A stretch of DNA of 48,925 nucleotides from Batkoa obscura (Eukaryota). The translations under genes were made by a program, and so were the position numbers. The notes beneath the pieces are model-generated. The model was given only the letters and a program-made list of their open reading frames with translations. It did not search any database and was not told the DNA's origin. Every line of letters starts with the position of its first letter. The stretch's first letter is position 1. The stretch lies in NCBI GenBank assembly GCA_030770535.1, contig JASVEC010000115.1, positions 1-48,925 on the forward strand, in the 5' to 3' direction. This document shows, one piece after another, positions 47,642 to 48,925 of this stretch.

Positions 47642-48186
47642 AACTGTAATATAAACAAAACTTTGTTTAACTTGAATAGAAATCGTCGATTTTAGAAATA
47701 CTGCTCCTTTTTTACTCCTTAATACTAAATCTTTTGAAATTCTACACTACTAAACAAAAACATGAAAATACAGGAATATACTTAAGTCACTAGATATGAG
47801 CCTTGTTTATTAAAAAAATACTATGTTTGATGGACAAGCTAAAATTTACTGCTTTTTAGAAAAATTAAATCCTAAACTTAAGACTTTGTCATTTTTGCAT
47901 AAATCCTTAAAAATGGAAATTTGCAATCTCATTTGAGGCATTCATTCAATTAATTTTAGATCATCACTCCATTTAAGCGTTTGATGACTAAAAACCCAAC
48001 CAAAAAATTCGTTTGATGAGCAAGCAAAGAAAAGGGCAGTAAAAACTCAAAAAAACTATAAATACAGAGATACAAATCGAGAGAAAAAAGTATCTTTAGA
48101 AATTCTTTTGTTAAAGAACTACCATTGTTTATTTATAATATTAATTAAATCTTTCTTTTTATAATTGTTACTACACTAATCAATTA

Positions 48187-48465
48187 ATGATGTTTTCCAA
48201 TCCTTTTTCTTCTTATTAACTTTATTTATCATTGCTGCTTTTATACCAAGAAGAGCACATGCTTTTCCAGTGCCCACTTCAATATCTGATTCCAAAGATA
48301 TGGGCTATGAAAATAAAGAGAACCTATTACCGACGTGGTTATGCTGAAGATTGTGATGATAACTACAACTCCGATTATAACTATAAGAATTCCATGAATC
48401 GTAATTATGAGTATCGTAGATATTACCGTAGCTATAAATATTACCCTATTCTTATTAAACCTTAA
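48187..48465 (+). CDS. small secreted Tyr/Asn-rich protein, paralogue 2 (needs frameshift correction)
   Basis: ..LTLFIIAAFIPRRAHAFPVP.. / ..YYRRGY..DNYNSDYNY..YRRYYRSYKYYPILIKP; shares FIPRRAHA with paralogue 1. Confidence 0.5.
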
Positions 48466-48925
48466 TTAATAAATGCAAGTAATTATTATGTTTTCTTTAC
48501 GATTTGTGTCATACTATAATTTCAAGTTGATGTTGTATAAAACTTTGATTGCATAATTAAAATACAGAAAGGTGCTCTATTAACGATATACTTTTATCTG
48601 GTCACCTATTTGTTAATATTTAAAGGCTATAGCTATTGATGTTCAACTTAGGCCAAAACCAAATGTTCTTCTTTGAAGAATTTTAAACTACAGTTTTCAG
48701 CAAGGTAATAAACGAATGGTTTTAGTTTAATTTATTAAATGGAATGCTATTTTCCAAAATGAAAGGCAGGTCAAGCTTTTATCTTAGGAAAACGATTTAC
48801 TTTATTGAAACTTCAATTTTATTAACTAATGAATTTAATATCACTTATATTGTTTTATGACTAATATTGGATATAAATTTATTTTACTTTATATTAGAAA
48901 TTAGTATAATAACAGCACTAAAATT

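Overview
AT-rich eukaryotic DNA, clearly fungal (Zn2Cys6 factor, Osh3-like gene, MATE transporter, 40-95 bp GT-AG introns). The 7TM receptor type and base composition suggest an early-diverging fungus such as Entomophthoromycotina/Conidiobolus-like; this is inference. The window is transposon-rich: a decayed Ty3/Gypsy element (1-6293), eight further LTR copies of the same family, an intact Sola2-type DDD DNA transposon (30627-33091) with many remnants, and roughly 14 copies of a ~100-bp GGGGATGT..ACATCCCC MITE. Host genes: MATA-type HMG-box factor, a secreted protein, two divergently transcribed 7TM receptor paralogues, MATE transporter, NmrA/isoflavone-reductase-like protein, NADP-dependent alkenal reductase, Zn2Cys6 TF, Osh3-like OSBP and two small secreted Tyr/Asn-rich paralogues. 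Two structures stand out. (1) The HMG-box gene is the only gene I can identify in a 2349-bp spacer between two essentially identical 1472-bp inverted repeats (5841-7312 / 9662-11133) built from old, decayed transposon DNA, a candidate invertible or palindrome-protected sex/mating-type-like locus. (2) The inverted receptor pair is nucleotide-identical, introns included, across ligand-facing parts but divergent in ICL2, ICL3 and the C-tail. From about 43 kb onward, homopolymer indels suggest lower consensus accuracy.
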